Positions 62,801-64,000 of a stretch of 64,000 bases of DNA are shown here, piece after piece. Position 1 is the stretch's first letter, and every line of letters begins with the position of its first letter. The translations under genes were made by a program, and so were the position numbers. The DNA comes from Camelus ferus. Its lineage: Eukaryota. The stretch lies in the NCBI RefSeq assembly GCF_009834535.1, contig NC_045696.1:113710001-113774000 (forward strand). The letters are read 5' to 3'. The notes under the pieces were generated by a model, which was given only the letters and a program-made list of their open reading frames with translations, was not told the origin of the DNA and did not search any database.

Positions 62801-64000
62801 GGGATTATTTTAAAGATACACATTTTTTTAAGGTTAAATCAATCTTCTAGACCTGTTAAGTTTTGCTTCATTCTGCCAGAGGCCATTAAGCAAACTTTTG
62901 TCACTGACATATGCTATACTGTCTTACTGAGGTTTAGAAAAACCACATAAAATATACAGCCCGATGGAAAATACACCTCAATGACTCTTTGTGGCACATA
63001 CAATTAATAGAACGGATGTCTCTTTTACTTTTATCTTTTATCTATTTACCAATATTTCCCTTCTAGAATACATTTAGTGAGGATTCTTGCTTATATCCCT
63101 AAATTATTCATTTGAAATTTATTGAATTTTTCAAAAAAATTTTTTATGCTTCCAGATAAAACACAAGGATAAGAGCTTTAAAGACAAAATCATTAGAGAA
63201 AATAATACAAAGTGCTCAGCACAGGAGGAGAGACTTCTAGCTCCGTATTAATACGTAGATGGGGCGGGGGTGGGGATCTTGAGACAGACACAGAATAGCC
63301 TTCCCGCCACTAAGTGAAAACACATCTACTCTCCCATGAACAACGACTGTGTTTTCACTTGCAAATTAGGTCTAGCAGTCCCCTATAAGGCTTTACATAT
63401 TTAAAGTCTAGGATAATCCTAAAAATCAGTGATAAATCAAAATAATATTGAAGAACTATTTCTAGAAAGATAACAAAAGAATTAAGCTTCAGCGTTGAAC
63501 TTAATTAGAGGTGATTTCTAAGATACATGGTGCCAAGCTATTGTGGTATCAACTCATGTTAAATATTTTAAACAGGCTTTAAAATTCTTATTGGAGTGAC
63601 AAGTAGATGTTTTTGTCCTTGCTTCAACATTGTACCAAAAAAAAAAAAAAAAAAAAAGGAAGGCTGAATAAACTACTCATGGCAAGACAGACAGGGCTGC
63701 TGGTATTAGTTAAACGTGACTAGCTCTGATTTAAATTTTGTTTAAAATCGGAAATGAAAATTAGCTTAGTAATTTAAATCTAATTCTCATTGGTACTAAG
63801 TTCAAGTCTCTAGAACATGATACCTGACACACAAAGGCCCCAGGTCATCTAGCGTCGGGGTGACAGGTCATGGTTAAGGTTGATTACAGGGCAAAAAACC
63901 AAATGTTTAATGTCTCCCATGCCCAGTGGCTCTTTGGGACTGCCTGCCTCGGGAGTGATGTTAAACGCTTAATCAAATGCACTTGGATCCCTCAGAAGGC

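Overview
Mammalian genomic DNA, very probably camelid (Camelus/Vicugna/Lama), inferred from five tRNA-Ala-derived SINEs of the camelid Vic-1 type and young L1 3' ends. The only host coding sequence I can support is the 98-bp coding part of the last exon of a class E ubiquitin-conjugating enzyme on the minus strand (45110-45207; most likely UBE2E2). It has a 3' UTR and poly(A) signals near 44.45 kb and is not in the ORF track. Positions 45208-64000 are its last intron, which holds a full-length, decayed RPLP0 processed pseudogene in antisense orientation. Positions 1-44.4 kb are downstream intergenic DNA made mostly of L1, MaLR/ERVL/ERV1 LTRs, MIR/L2, DNA-transposon relics and microsatellites. 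The remaining listed ORFs are spurious or repeat-derived. I see no new gene system. The most interesting signals concern retrotransposition mechanics: a probable L1 3' transduction splitting an MLT1 LTR; a young L1 truncated exactly where its target site is complementary to L1 RNA; a TSD-bounded L1 that lacks reverse transcriptase (HAL1-like architecture); and a twin-priming inversion. Repeat family names are from recall, not from a database search.
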